Source: Promethearchaeota archaeon
GTDB taxonomy: Archaea > Asgardarchaeota > Lokiarchaeia > Sigyniarchaeales > SOKP01
Assembly (NCBI GenBank): GCA_016839705.1
Contig: JAEOTR010000084.1
Span: 22,132-86,131, forward strand
Direction: 5' to 3'
DNA: 64,000 nt
Part shown: positions 20,799 through 31,139 of the stretch, piece by piece
How positions within the stretch are numbered: the first letter of the stretch is position 1
How the letters are laid out: each line of letters opens with the position of its first letter
Notes under the pieces: generated by a model
What the model saw: only the letters and a program-made list of their open reading frames with translations
Database searches by the model: none
What the model was told of the DNA's origin: nothing
Program-made: the position numbers and the translations under genes

Positions 20799-21275
20799 TC
20801 ATTGATTCGAATTTTCACTTGATTTTGATAATAAAAGAGTTTTTAAATGATTTTTTAATTCCTTTTCTAATTTAGGGTCTGCAGGATAACCCAATTTTAT
20901 CTTACCCATAATTTTTTTATTCAGATAGTTCTCAAGAGTTCTACAGTCTTCAAATTTTTTAATCAAATTATCTAAATTTTCTCCTGTTTTGGTTATCTGA
21001 GACAGGTAAACATATTTTATTATGTTTTTTGCCTCTTCAGTATCTCCAGAGCCAATAACTAATATTGTGTTGTGATTAAATAAATCACCTAAATAACTAA
21101 AAATATTTGAATTCCCCCAATTCTCAATTTTATACTTAAGAAAGTCTAATACGCCAATAATCTCCGTTGGATCTTTGCCTTTCTCAATTTTAAAGAAGAT
21201 TCCACACTTTTCCTCATCTTTATAGGCTAATAGTAAGTTTTCTATACATTTTAGAATTTGTTCTTTCATAGACAT
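20799..21275 (-). CDS. Hypothetical protein
   Basis: 158-aa ORF filling the gap between genes; no motif recognised. Confidence 0.6.
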   Translation of the reverse strand: MSMKEQILKCIENLLLAYKDEEKCGIFFKIEKGKDPTEIIGVLDFLKYKIENWGNSNIFSYLGDLFNHNTILVIGSGDTEEAKNIIKYVYLSQITKTGENLDNLIKKFEDCRTLENYLNKKIMGKIKLGYPADPKLEKELKNHLKTLLLSKSSENSNQ

Positions 21276-21434
21276 GACATTAATGCATTAGATATAATTA
21301 TTACTTATGATTGGCTCAAATCAGTTTTTTGTATTAATAAATAAATAAAAATAAATAAATCTACTTTTATGAATATTTCAAGGATTATATTTTCTTTTTG
21401 TTAATTAAATCTCACAAATTTAAGGTTATTCAAC

Positions 21435-23105
21435 TTGAGCCATAATGATAAGCAATTGTTTGAAAAAATAGAGACCATGGATCAAGAAGAAGCTGTGAAT
21501 TTCCTTCTCTCTATCCTATCATCTTCCGAAAATTTAGAAGATAAAGTTAAATCTGTTAAAATTTTAGCAAAGTTTGAAGATAATGAGAATTCTCGATTAC
21601 AAGATTTAAAAAACTTATTTTTGAATGACAGGCATCCCCAATTACGCATTAAATTAATTGATCTGCTCGCGAAGATTTATGGGAATGAAGGTATTAAATT
21701 TTTAAAAGAACAGTATAAGAATTGTAGTGATGGTACTGTTAGGAAAACCCTTATTGAAAAAGTTGGAAATGCAGATCTTAATGGCTCAATACCTTTCTTC
21801 ATTAAAGTTTTAGGTGATCCAAACATCGAAGCAATTGAATTAGTTATTACATTTTTGGGAAATTCAGGTGCAAAAGAAGCCTTAGCACCCTTAATTGAAC
21901 GTTTGCACTTTAGAAATCCTGAAATCTATGTTCCATTAATTAATTCAATTGTTAAAATCGGAAAAAAAGGGCATCAACAGCCTATATTTAATTATATAGA
22001 TAGTGATGATGTATATATTAAAAGAGAAATTCCCGTTATCTTAGGAAAAATAGGAAACAAGGAGAGTGAAACCGTTTTAATTAATTTTTTGAAAGATGGA
22101 AATCCACTTATTAGAAAAAATTCCTTGAAAGCCTTAGAAAAAATAATTGAACTAAAAAACATTAAATATATTTTAGCAACGCTTAAAGATCAAAACATAG
22201 ATGTGAGAAAGGAATCCATTCGAGTATTAGGAAATATTGGAAGTAAAAGAGCAATTAATCCCTTAACAGAAATTCTAAAAGATAAGGATGTCAAAGTAAG
22301 AAATCTTTCTAAAAACGCACTATACAAGATCTTTAAGAAAATCAAATCAAACGATGTACTTTATGATATCTTGAAAGGAAAAAACATCAATGCGAGAAGA
22401 GAAGCAATAAAATTACTAGGAATGTTGAAAGATGTAAATGCCATTGAGTATTTAATAAAGACCTTCGATAGCACAGTAGCGAGTATAAGAAGAGCATCCT
22501 ATCGAGCAATTCTTCGAATTTTGCAAAATAGAATTGATGAAAAGATAATAGATTCACTAGCAGAAAAATCTTGGCGTGTAAGGATGTATTGTACTAAAAT
22601 ATTAGGTGAAATTGGAGATCCTGCTGCTATTGAAACTGTTTTTGAATTAATCCAAGATGAAAACGGAAGTGTTAGAAAGGCAGCGATTGATGCGTTAATT
22701 AATTTCAAGTCGGATAAAGTAATTGAAATGGCAAAAAGCTCTTTGAAAAACACAAACTGGAAAATTAGAAGGGCTGGAGTCAAATTATTAATAAGAGTTG
22801 GAAGTAAGGAATCTATCAATTCTCTCATTTCTTGCTTGGATGACAATGATGTATATATTAAAAGTTGGGCGGCCATGGCTTTAGGAAAAATAAAAGATGT
22901 TGATTCAATCGAACCCTTTATTCAATTATTAAAAGAAACCGATGATAAGATCCGACTATCAGCAATTAAGGCTTTGGGTGAAATAGGAAACAAAGATGCT
23001 ATAAAATCCCTTATCGAAATACTAGGCGACGATAATTGGGATGTCAAGAAAGAAGTAGAAAACTCTTTAAATCGTATAAATCCTGATTGGATGGAAGATT
23101 TATAA
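21435..23105 (+). CDS. HEAT/PBS-lyase repeat protein
   Basis: Repeated LxDxxxxVRxxAxxALGxIG units. Confidence 0.92.
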   Translation: MSHNDKQLFEKIETMDQEEAVNFLLSILSSSENLEDKVKSVKILAKFEDNENSRLQDLKNLFLNDRHPQLRIKLIDLLAKIYGNEGIKFLKEQYKNCSDGTVRKTLIEKVGNADLNGSIPFFIKVLGDPNIEAIELVITFLGNSGAKEALAPLIERLHFRNPEIYVPLINSIVKIGKKGHQQPIFNYIDSDDVYIKREIPVILGKIGNKESETVLINFLKDGNPLIRKNSLKALEKIIELKNIKYILATLKDQNIDVRKESIRVLGNIGSKRAINPLTEILKDKDVKVRNLSKNALYKIFKKIKSNDVLYDILKGKNINARREAIKLLGMLKDVNAIEYLIKTFDSTVASIRRASYRAILRILQNRIDEKIIDSLAEKSWRVRMYCTKILGEIGDPAAIETVFELIQDENGSVRKAAIDALINFKSDKVIEMAKSSLKNTNWKIRRAGVKLLIRVGSKESINSLISCLDDNDVYIKSWAAMALGKIKDVDSIEPFIQLLKETDDKIRLSAIKALGEIGNKDAIKSLIEILGDDNWDVKKEVENSLNRINPDWMEDL

Positions 23106-23121
23106 GAATCTCTTGAATTCT

Positions 23122-23520
23122 TCAGATCACCATACTGATTTTTTGGATATAATCTTCCATATGATTAAAAATGAAACTAGAATCTACTTGATTATCTATT
23201 ATGAATATCAAAAATACCTTTTTCTCTTTAATTTCTACCATTAATATTGACGTCTTCTCTAACTCAGCAATAATTTTAACAATTGTTTGATTACCCATTG
23301 TTTCACCAAGACCAACTGCACTCTCAAAAACTGATGCACACATAGATGTTAATTTTTTACAATCTGCCTTATTTCCAATATTCTCATAAATAATTTCCCC
23401 GTTTCTATTTGCAAATATAATCCCTTTAAATTTCCCTTTTACCTTTAATTCATCCAGTATTAAAATTAATTCACTGATATCATCTTTGTTAATTTTCGTT
23501 GGTGTGGTCATAATCTGCAA
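23122..23520 (-). CDS. Roadblock/LC7 domain protein (divergent)
   Basis: GIIFANRNGEII...LTSMCASVFESAVGLG pattern; start may be the second Met. Confidence 0.75.
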   Translation of the reverse strand: MQIMTTPTKINKDDISELILILDELKVKGKFKGIIFANRNGEIIYENIGNKADCKKLTSMCASVFESAVGLGETMGNQTIVKIIAELEKTSILMVEIKEKKVFLIFIIDNQVDSSFIFNHMEDYIQKISMVI

Positions 23521-23577
23521 TAGTCTAAGTATAGATAATTAAATTAATTAATTACTACATTTAACTATTGAATATAT

Positions 23578-24984
23578 ATGAAATCAATTAATACCATTGA
23601 GAACAAATTGAAAATAAGCAATGAAAAATTCATTGAAACAGATCTTCTACCTTTTTTAAGAATTCCTAGTGAAACTCTTAATAAAGAAGGAATAATAAAG
23701 GCTAAAGATTTTATTATTTCCTATCTCTCAGATTTTTGTAAAGAAGTTGAGGAATATCCCGGAAAAATCAATCCCTTAATCTTAGCTAAAGTTAATGGGA
23801 AATCCCAGAAATGCCTATTAATTTATATGATGTATGATACTCAACCAATAAGTCGGGAAAATGAATGGGTTAGTAACCCATATGAGGCGAGAATTCATAT
23901 ACTCCCTCCTCCTTTGGATGTTATAGGAAACTGTATTATAGCAAGGGGAGCTTACAATTCGAAAACTCCACTAATATGCTTTTTAAATATAGTAAAATTA
24001 CTAAAAAACGAAAATAAGTTACCATTATCACTTCTACTATTATTTGATGGTGAGGAAGAACTTGGTTCTCCCAGTCTGTTAAAAATGCTTGAGAATAATA
24101 AAAATAAGTTTAAAGATTGTATAGATGTGTATTATCCTTCTACAAAACAAAATATTAATGGAAAGCTAATTTTAAAGCTTGGTTATAAGGGAATTTTATC
24201 TATAACTATAAAAGTGTCGTCTAAAAACAAGGAACCACATTCAGCTTTCAGTGCAATAATTCCCAATCCCGCAATTGATTTAGTTGCTTTACTAAACGCT
24301 ATTTATACCAATAATGAATTTTTGATTACTTCCTTGAAAAAGCCTTATAATCTTTCTAAAGAGGAACATTTAATTTTTGATAGGTTAATGAAAACACTTG
24401 ATTTAGAAAAAATTAAGGAAAAAGCAGGGATTTCACATACTCATGAAACTGATCCAAGGAAATTTTTTATGAATTACCTATTTAAACCAACATTTAATAT
24501 TTCGACTTTAAAATCGGGTTTTATGAAAGAAGGAACAAAAAATTTTGTACCTAACGAAGCACTGTGTAATATTGATATCAGGTTTGCTCACAAAATACCT
24601 GAAAATGTTATATTTAAAGAAATTAAAGAAAAAATCGAAGAATTTTCTCAAACCTCAAAATCTAAAATCGATGTTATCAAAAATATTGGTTATGAAAGTT
24701 CTCGGGTTACAAAAGAATCTAGGCTAGTAAAAAGTCTGATTGAAAGTGCAAAGAACTTAGGAGTTAAAACTGAGATCTGGCCGATAAGTGCCGCGGCTGC
24801 CCCTTTAACAATAATTCAAAACACTTTAGGACTAAATTATATCACTGGTGGTTTAGGAATAGGAGGATATGCTCATTCAGCAAATGAATTTATTCAATAT
24901 AGTTCCATTATTGATATAAGATTGTTTTATTCCGAATTTCTACAATTATATTCAAGATTTTTGAACGATCTAAATTCTACTTAA
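23578..24984 (+). CDS. M20/M25/M40 family metallopeptidase/deacylase
   Basis: MYDTQP, ARGAYNSK, GEEELGS, AHSANE. Confidence 0.88.
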   Translation: MKSINTIENKLKISNEKFIETDLLPFLRIPSETLNKEGIIKAKDFIISYLSDFCKEVEEYPGKINPLILAKVNGKSQKCLLIYMMYDTQPISRENEWVSNPYEARIHILPPPLDVIGNCIIARGAYNSKTPLICFLNIVKLLKNENKLPLSLLLLFDGEEELGSPSLLKMLENNKNKFKDCIDVYYPSTKQNINGKLILKLGYKGILSITIKVSSKNKEPHSAFSAIIPNPAIDLVALLNAIYTNNEFLITSLKKPYNLSKEEHLIFDRLMKTLDLEKIKEKAGISHTHETDPRKFFMNYLFKPTFNISTLKSGFMKEGTKNFVPNEALCNIDIRFAHKIPENVIFKEIKEKIEEFSQTSKSKIDVIKNIGYESSRVTKESRLVKSLIESAKNLGVKTEIWPISAAAAPLTIIQNTLGLNYITGGLGIGGYAHSANEFIQYSSIIDIRLFYSEFLQLYSRFLNDLNST

Positions 24985-24986
24985 TA

Positions 24987-26144
24987 TTAGTGAAATAATC
25001 CTGATAAACCTCTAGTTTTTGCCTCAATAGCGATCTCACTACATAATTCGGCACAACAAAAACAGGAGATGCATTTATTCCTTAAAAATATAGGAAAATC
25101 CCCTTCTTTAAATTCTATAGCTGCAGCGGGACAATTTTGAGCACATTCGCCACATTTGATACATTTCGCTTTTAATAATTTGGGAAATTTTTTATATATT
25201 TTATATCCGATATGTCCGGTCATATAAGCAATAAAACTTGTAAAAGTACCTCCAGGTACTTTAAATTTAGGAACTTGTTTCTTCGCTTCTTCTAAAGACA
25301 CCCCTAAAATTTCAATTTCTTCTACATTTCCAATGCCTAAACCTCTTTCCATGGCATTTTTAAGATGAGGAACACTACTCGGTTTTATCTTCCCTATTTC
25401 CATGGCAACTATATCTAAAGCTAATTCATCTGTCCCAACCAATATCAAATCCCAATCTACCATTTTCCCTCCTCCAGGGCCCATGGATCCTTCCATTATA
25501 TTCTGTAAATCATAGACAGTAAATCGCTTTTGTTTATTTTTTACTACCCATGAAAAATTATCCGCGAGAACTTCCCCGAATTGTTTTGCTGTTTTTCCAT
25601 ACAAATGATAATTAGCTTTTAAACCTCCCGGTATAATACCCCAATAATTCTTTATTGCCCCCGTCATCGTTGCTTCTATATGGGATTTTAAGCGTGGAAG
25701 ATTAATCAATATATCACATTCTTTAACTGCTCTAGCAACACGTATTTCTTTTAAACTAGAGGCTCCTTCAATTTTCTCAATTATAGGTTTATTAGCTTCA
25801 AAGTTAATAAAATTTATTCCATGAACTTCGCATAGGTCATAAATTCCAATTTCCTTCGCGACATCAGAACCGAATTTTTCAGATTGGCCTGGTGAATCTC
25901 CTAAATACACATTACTCATCGGAACACCAACCTCTTTGAGATAAGAAATTACACCTTCAACAAACGCAGGTTGAGTACACGCATCTTTTTTTGATGTTAA
26001 TAAATTTGGTTTTAGGAGAATTTTTTCTGATTGTGTAATATCAAAACCTAAGTCATTTTCTATTAATTTTATTGCACTTATTACTGCTTCGGGAATTGTT
26101 TCAAATTCTTTAACATTTACAATACTAATTTTTGTTGACATCAC
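24987..26144 (-). CDS. DUF362 protein with C-terminal 2x[4Fe-4S] ferredoxin domain
   Basis: LLKPNL, NLPRLKSH, GAIKN; two CxxCxxCxxxC motifs. Confidence 0.9.
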   Translation of the reverse strand: MMSTKISIVNVKEFETIPEAVISAIKLIENDLGFDITQSEKILLKPNLLTSKKDACTQPAFVEGVISYLKEVGVPMSNVYLGDSPGQSEKFGSDVAKEIGIYDLCEVHGINFINFEANKPIIEKIEGASSLKEIRVARAVKECDILINLPRLKSHIEATMTGAIKNYWGIIPGGLKANYHLYGKTAKQFGEVLADNFSWVVKNKQKRFTVYDLQNIMEGSMGPGGGKMVDWDLILVGTDELALDIVAMEIGKIKPSSVPHLKNAMERGLGIGNVEEIEILGVSLEEAKKQVPKFKVPGGTFTSFIAYMTGHIGYKIYKKFPKLLKAKCIKCGECAQNCPAAAIEFKEGDFPIFLRNKCISCFCCAELCSEIAIEAKTRGLSGLFH

Positions 26145-26365
26145 TTATCAAATTTGAAAGTCAAGTAAAAAATTAAAACCTGATCCTTACCCATTGGTAT
26201 TTTTTCATAGTTAATATGATGTGTTTGTATTCCTTAATTTCAGATACCAATTATTTTTAAGAATTGAATATATTATATTTTAAAAAAACAACAACAATTT
26301 TTATTCAATTCTACAGTTAAACCCAGATAGGTCAATTAATATTAATTAAAAGGTGAAGATATAGT

Positions 26366-26905
26366 ATTCCGTCTAGTGATCTAACGTATAAAGTCTGTAT
26401 TTTCGGTGATGGTGGTGTCGGGAAAACCACGTTAATTGGACGTTATTTAACCGGTGTATTTCAAAGTAATTCGGAAATTACTATAGGAGTCGACTTTCAT
26501 ATTAAGAGATTAGAGATTCAGGATAAACGAGTCACATTACAAATCTGGGATTTTGCTGGTGAGGACAGGTTTAGATTTTTATTACCCAGTTATGTACTTG
26601 GTGCTTCAGGTGGAATTTTCATGTATGATATAACTCGTTATAGTTCACTTAAGAATTTTCAAGATTGGTTATATATTTTTAAACAAGGCTATAAGGGGCC
26701 AATTGCTCAAATACCTATCATAATGGTCGGAAGTAAATTAGATCTGGAATATAAAAGAGCTGTTTCTAGGAAAGACGCATATGAACTGGCAAAACAAAAT
26801 GATTTATTTGGATATATTGAATGTTCCTCTAAAAATGGTCAAAATGTAGAAGAAGTTTTTGCTGAAATTGCTAGGTTGATGATGAAGAATACTAAAAATG
26901 ATTAA
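26366..26905 (+). CDS. Rab-like small GTPase (probable ATT start)
   Basis: The track lists only 26621..26905. The same frame upstream gives YKVCIFGDGGVGKTT, TIGVDF, IWDFAGEDRF; G4 SKLD and G5 ECSSK follow. In-frame TGA at 26354; no canonical start before G1. Confidence 0.88.
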   Translation: MPSSDLTYKVCIFGDGGVGKTTLIGRYLTGVFQSNSEITIGVDFHIKRLEIQDKRVTLQIWDFAGEDRFRFLLPSYVLGASGGIFMYDITRYSSLKNFQDWLYIFKQGYKGPIAQIPIIMVGSKLDLEYKRAVSRKDAYELAKQNDLFGYIECSSKNGQNVEEVFAEIARLMMKNTKND

Positions 26906-26936
26906 ATCTAAACCTGAAAAAATAAATCTTCACGAA

Positions 26937-27773
26937 TCAATTGCTCTTATAGATTTCTCCTAAATTTTCTAAAACTAAATCTGGGATAAGATTATTATCA
27001 AATTTACTCTCCTTGTTTTTGACCTCTTCAATCATTTCTCTTGTGACAACCCCTGTCAAAACTGCTATTGACATAATCCCCACCCTGTTTCCCGCTAGAA
27101 TATCGGTATTTAATCGATCTCCAAAAATGCATGCTTGTTCAGGAGGGATTTGAGTATCCTGCAAAATTAATTCTATACCAAAAGGTTCAGGTTTCCCAAA
27201 TACCCTAATTGGATTTTGTCCTGTACAAGTAATCAAAGCATTCACCATTGAACCCGCTCCCGGTTTAAAACCTCTAGCAACTGGTAAGGTAGAATCTGCA
27301 TTTGTTGCATAAAATTGCGCTCTTCCCTCTAAGATACATTTTTGAGCAATCGATAATTTCTCATAGGTAAAATCTCTATCTAGTCCGACTATTACAAAAT
27401 CGATATCCTCAATTGACGGATTAGTTTGGACTCTGTGACCCGCAAGTTCTAGTTCTTCTCTTAATCCATTTTCCCCAATTACATAAATATTTGCATTCTT
27501 CTTTAATTTTGTGATTTCAGCAGACGCAATTGAGGCGCTGGTGTAAAAATCAGTTCTCTCACTCGAAATTTTAAAACTTTTCAGTCTCTCAACGTAGGCT
27601 TGCCGTGAAATTGTGGAATTATTAGAGTTATATACTACCTTGATAGAGAGATTTTTAAGCTCATTTATGATCTTATCAACATTTTGGATTAATTTATTTC
27701 CACGGTACACAACCCCATCAAGATCAAAAATAGCCAGTCTGATTTGTTTTAATGAGTCTATAAATTCTCGCAT
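26937..27773 (-). CDS. HAD-IIA family phosphatase (NagD-like)
   Basis: FDLDGVVY, NSNN, GKP, GDRLNTDI. Confidence 0.92.
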   Translation of the reverse strand: MREFIDSLKQIRLAIFDLDGVVYRGNKLIQNVDKIINELKNLSIKVVYNSNNSTISRQAYVERLKSFKISSERTDFYTSASIASAEITKLKKNANIYVIGENGLREELELAGHRVQTNPSIEDIDFVIVGLDRDFTYEKLSIAQKCILEGRAQFYATNADSTLPVARGFKPGAGSMVNALITCTGQNPIRVFGKPEPFGIELILQDTQIPPEQACIFGDRLNTDILAGNRVGIMSIAVLTGVVTREMIEEVKNKESKFDNNLIPDLVLENLGEIYKSN

Positions 27774-27808
27774 GGTTTTAAATTAGATAAATATTTTTTA
27801 AGATGTTT

Positions 27809-28963
27809 CTACCAGCCTACTGGCAATCCTAGTAATAATATAAAAAGCTGGATACCAATAGGGATGAAAATTGGGTTTAAAAGATTATCCGCTGTAAATT
27901 TGGGAAAGTAATCTGTTATAAAAAATATAACTGCCCCAATTATTGCGTATATTGGTCCTACAAGGATTAAGCCTATTAAATACGCTACAATCATGCCTGC
28001 AAGAAAACCTTCTATGGATTTTTTATCTTTACTCCTTACCTTGACTTTATGTTTTCCGTATTTTCTACCAATTAACGCAGCAGCAGCATCCGATAGACAG
28101 GCAATAAGAATCCCCGAAAATACCGCTTTTATATGAACTAAATTTACCATATAGAGCATGTATGAAAAAACAAAACCTGTAATTATATAAATTTGCGGTC
28201 CAGCAGCATTTCTTTCCTTTTTTCTTAACATGGATTTTGTTAAAAAGTTAAAGACTGAATACTCTGGTCCCCAAAAAATTCTGATTAAATCTGAGATTAT
28301 AGCAAATATTAACGCTCCAATCAGCGCCATCATTGTAAGGTAAACAACTGCGAAATAATTGGATATTGGGTCTCCAATCGTAAATGGAAATAAGGTTAAA
28401 TCCCCCCATATAAGGTTATACGCAGGTTCGATATTATGTATTAATTCAATCACTCCATCGCTTATTATCCGTGTAACAGGGTACATAAAAGGTAATCCAA
28501 AATAAGCTAACACTAGTAAAAGTCCTGTTAAATGAAAACTTTTTCTTATATACTCCATTCTCATAGTAATTTCTTCTCCGTATTGGTTCTCTTTTGTCAT
28601 TCTTTCAACGTATCTTCTTAACAGTGGTTTTTCCCCTTCTTCAATAATTACTCCATCGTCTTCTCTATTCATTTTCTTTTTTACTCTTTTGATCAAGAAA
28701 GAAAAAATAAAGTTTACGAGTAAAATAATACCGATCCACCATACCATAAATCCATTATAAGGATAAACAAAAAATCTTACAAGAGAATTATAATATCCAA
28801 AAATCAAGAAACAAATACCACTTAAAATAGAGGAAATCCCACCATACCGATTGCCTAATTTATATCCCCTTTTCCCTATAAAAAACATTAAAAGGGCTAA
28901 AATGAAAAATGTGAGAGATAAAGTAACATTGTAAGCTTCACCAATAGCAGTCCAGTAATCCAT
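27809..28963 (-). CDS. CTP-dependent polyprenol/diacylglycerol kinase family membrane protein
   Basis: RKSFH, DAAAALIGRKYG, KSIEG, DNLLNP. Confidence 0.85.
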   Translation of the reverse strand: MDYWTAIGEAYNVTLSLTFFILALLMFFIGKRGYKLGNRYGGISSILSGICFLIFGYYNSLVRFFVYPYNGFMVWWIGIILLVNFIFSFLIKRVKKKMNREDDGVIIEEGEKPLLRRYVERMTKENQYGEEITMRMEYIRKSFHLTGLLLVLAYFGLPFMYPVTRIISDGVIELIHNIEPAYNLIWGDLTLFPFTIGDPISNYFAVVYLTMMALIGALIFAIISDLIRIFWGPEYSVFNFLTKSMLRKKERNAAGPQIYIITGFVFSYMLYMVNLVHIKAVFSGILIACLSDAAAALIGRKYGKHKVKVRSKDKKSIEGFLAGMIVAYLIGLILVGPIYAIIGAVIFFITDYFPKFTADNLLNPIFIPIGIQLFILLLGLPVGW

Positions 28964-29309
28964 ATCTAATCACCAAAAGAATGGTATTAATTAATTTAAT
29001 AATTCACAATCTAATAATTATTCTTTGATTTCAGAATAAAATTAAAATAGAGGTAAAGAAAATCATTGATAACCATTTATTATCTAAATTTTGAAAAAAG
29101 GATTATCCTAAGTTCTTAAAAGGTATATCCTCTTCTAAATCATTACAATACAAAAATTTCAAAACTAAATTAATAAAGAACTAATAATATATTTTATTAG
29201 AGAATAAGTAATACAAAAAAATAAATAAAATTAAAATAAGTTAATTATAACTAGTATATTATAATTTTTTCTATCTCTAAATCGATTTTAATACTAAATA
29301 ACAGGTAAA

Positions 29310-29687
29310 ATGATGGGAATAGAGCCAACTACAGAGAATCTTGACGAAATTTTAAAGAAACTTTTAGCTGCTATGCCAGAAGTTAGAGCCGCAGCGATAG
29401 TTTCTGCAGAAGGGCTACCCATTGCATCTGCGCTACCTCAAGGAGTTGATGAAACAAGAATTGCGGCAATGACTGCTGCGTTGCTCTCCTTAGCCGAAAG
29501 GGCAGTTATCGAGATGGATAAAGGTGAATTCTCAGAATTATACGTAAAGGGAACCGATGGATATCTTCTAGTCATGGAAGCAGGTCCCAACGCAGTATTA
29601 ACGGTCTCTACTACGAAAGATGTAAGGTTAGGTTTAATTTTTCTGGATTGTAAGCGTACTTGCGAAAAAATCGCTAAGTTAATTTAG
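29310..29687 (+). CDS. Roadblock/LC7 (MglB-like) protein
   Basis: AAAIVSAEGLPIAS...IAAMTAALLSLAER...LGLIF. Confidence 0.93.
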   Translation: MMGIEPTTENLDEILKKLLAAMPEVRAAAIVSAEGLPIASALPQGVDETRIAAMTAALLSLAERAVIEMDKGEFSELYVKGTDGYLLVMEAGPNAVLTVSTTKDVRLGLIFLDCKRTCEKIAKLI

Positions 29688-29721
29688 ATTAATTCTTACT
29701 CTATTACTGAGATTTTTTATT

Positions 29722-29736
29722 TATCACTTAGTGATA
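29722..29736. promoter_or_regulatory. Perfect 7-1-7 inverted repeat upstream of the YciI-like gene (candidate operator)
   Basis: TATCACT-T-AGTGATA, 50 nt before the ATG at 29786. Confidence 0.4.
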
Positions 29737-29785
29737 TTTGTTATCCTAAGAGGTTTCTAAAGAAATTAAGAAATGTAAATCAATA

Positions 29786-30094
29786 ATGCCGAAAAAGAAT
29801 CATTTTTATGCTATTATAAGACCTTATCGTAAAGATTTTATTACAAGACCGAATGAAGAAGAGGAAAAAATCATGATTGATCATTTAAACTATCTAAAAT
29901 CTTTGATGAATCAGAAGAAACTATATCTAGCCGGTCCAACATTAATCGCGGAGGATCCTTTTGGTGTAGTGATCTTTGAAACAGAAAATGCAGATGAGGC
30001 AAAATCCTTACTTGAAAACGATCCTTCAGTAAAAGCAGGAATACAGAAAATAGCAGACTTTAGGCCTATTAGATTATCATTAATAAGAAAGTAA
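29786..30094 (+). CDS. YciI-like protein
   Basis: HLNYL...LAGP...NDP. Confidence 0.85.
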   Translation: MPKKNHFYAIIRPYRKDFITRPNEEEEKIMIDHLNYLKSLMNQKKLYLAGPTLIAEDPFGVVIFETENADEAKSLLENDPSVKAGIQKIADFRPIRLSLIRK

Positions 30095-30114
30095 TCTGTA
30101 TTATAAATTTAATA

Positions 30115-30918
30115 TTAAAGGTTCAACTCTTTTATTGCGTCTTCTACTTCATAACCTTTTTGAACTATTAGATATAATGCTCTTACAAATTTTGTGGGAT
30201 CATCTGCTTGAAAAACGTTTCTCCCAAATGCTACTCCAGCGCCTCCTACTTCAATTGATTGTTTTGTGATTTCTAATATGTCTTTAATTCCTGACTTTTC
30301 TCCCCCTGCTATTATTACTGGTGCCATACAACCCTCAACAACTTCTTTAAACGAATCAGGATCTCCCGTCCAATTAGTTTTAACAATATCTGCTCCCAAT
30401 TCGGCTGCAACTCTTGCGGCAATCTTTACTACTTCGACGTCTTGTTCATTTTCTATATTTTCACCTCTCGGATACATCATGGCAATAAGCGGCATACCAA
30501 GATCACGACATTCCCTTGATACCCCTCCTAGTATCTCAAGCATTTCAGGATCTGATTTTGTACCAACGTTGATATGAATCGATACTCCATCTGCTCCAAA
30601 TTTGACTGCTTCTAAAACCGTATTTACAAGAACTTTATAATTTGAATCGGGGCTTAAAGATGTCGAACCAGATAAATGAAGAATTAATCCTATATCTGGT
30701 CCATACCCTCTATGAGCGTATAAAGGTATACCTACATGCCCCAAAATTGCATTAGCTCCACCTAATGCAATCTTATTTACTACTTCTCCTAAGTTTTTTT
30801 CAATTCCCTTAATTGGTCCTAAAGTTAGACCGTGATCCATGGGGATGATGATTGATTTTTTAGTTTCTCGATTAATTATCCTTTCCAATCTAATTTTTTT
30901 ACCAATATAGCCAGACAA
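30115..30918 (-). CDS. DhnA-type class I aldolase (2-amino-3,7-dideoxy-hept-6-ulosonate synthase / FBP aldolase family)
   Basis: PMDHG, MMYPRG, ELGADIVKT, GRNVFQ; start moved to TTG 30918 after GAGGGA. Confidence 0.9.
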   Translation of the reverse strand: MSGYIGKKIRLERIINRETKKSIIIPMDHGLTLGPIKGIEKNLGEVVNKIALGGANAILGHVGIPLYAHRGYGPDIGLILHLSGSTSLSPDSNYKVLVNTVLEAVKFGADGVSIHINVGTKSDPEMLEILGGVSRECRDLGMPLIAMMYPRGENIENEQDVEVVKIAARVAAELGADIVKTNWTGDPDSFKEVVEGCMAPVIIAGGEKSGIKDILEITKQSIEVGGAGVAFGRNVFQADDPTKFVRALYLIVQKGYEVEDAIKELNL

Positions 30919-31139
30919 GCTTAAAATTCCCTCATTTTTTATTTTAATTAAAATTATTTGACTAAATAGAATATTAGAAAATACCTTTAATAATTCTTTC
31001 AAACACTCTAAATATTTCTTTAAGCACAAAACCACAAACTATTAATTTTTTCTTTCATATAATAAAATACAAAACTTCGTTTTGCTTCATTATACAAACA
31101 GTTTAGCAAATATATCATTATCAATTAATTTTTGAACAG

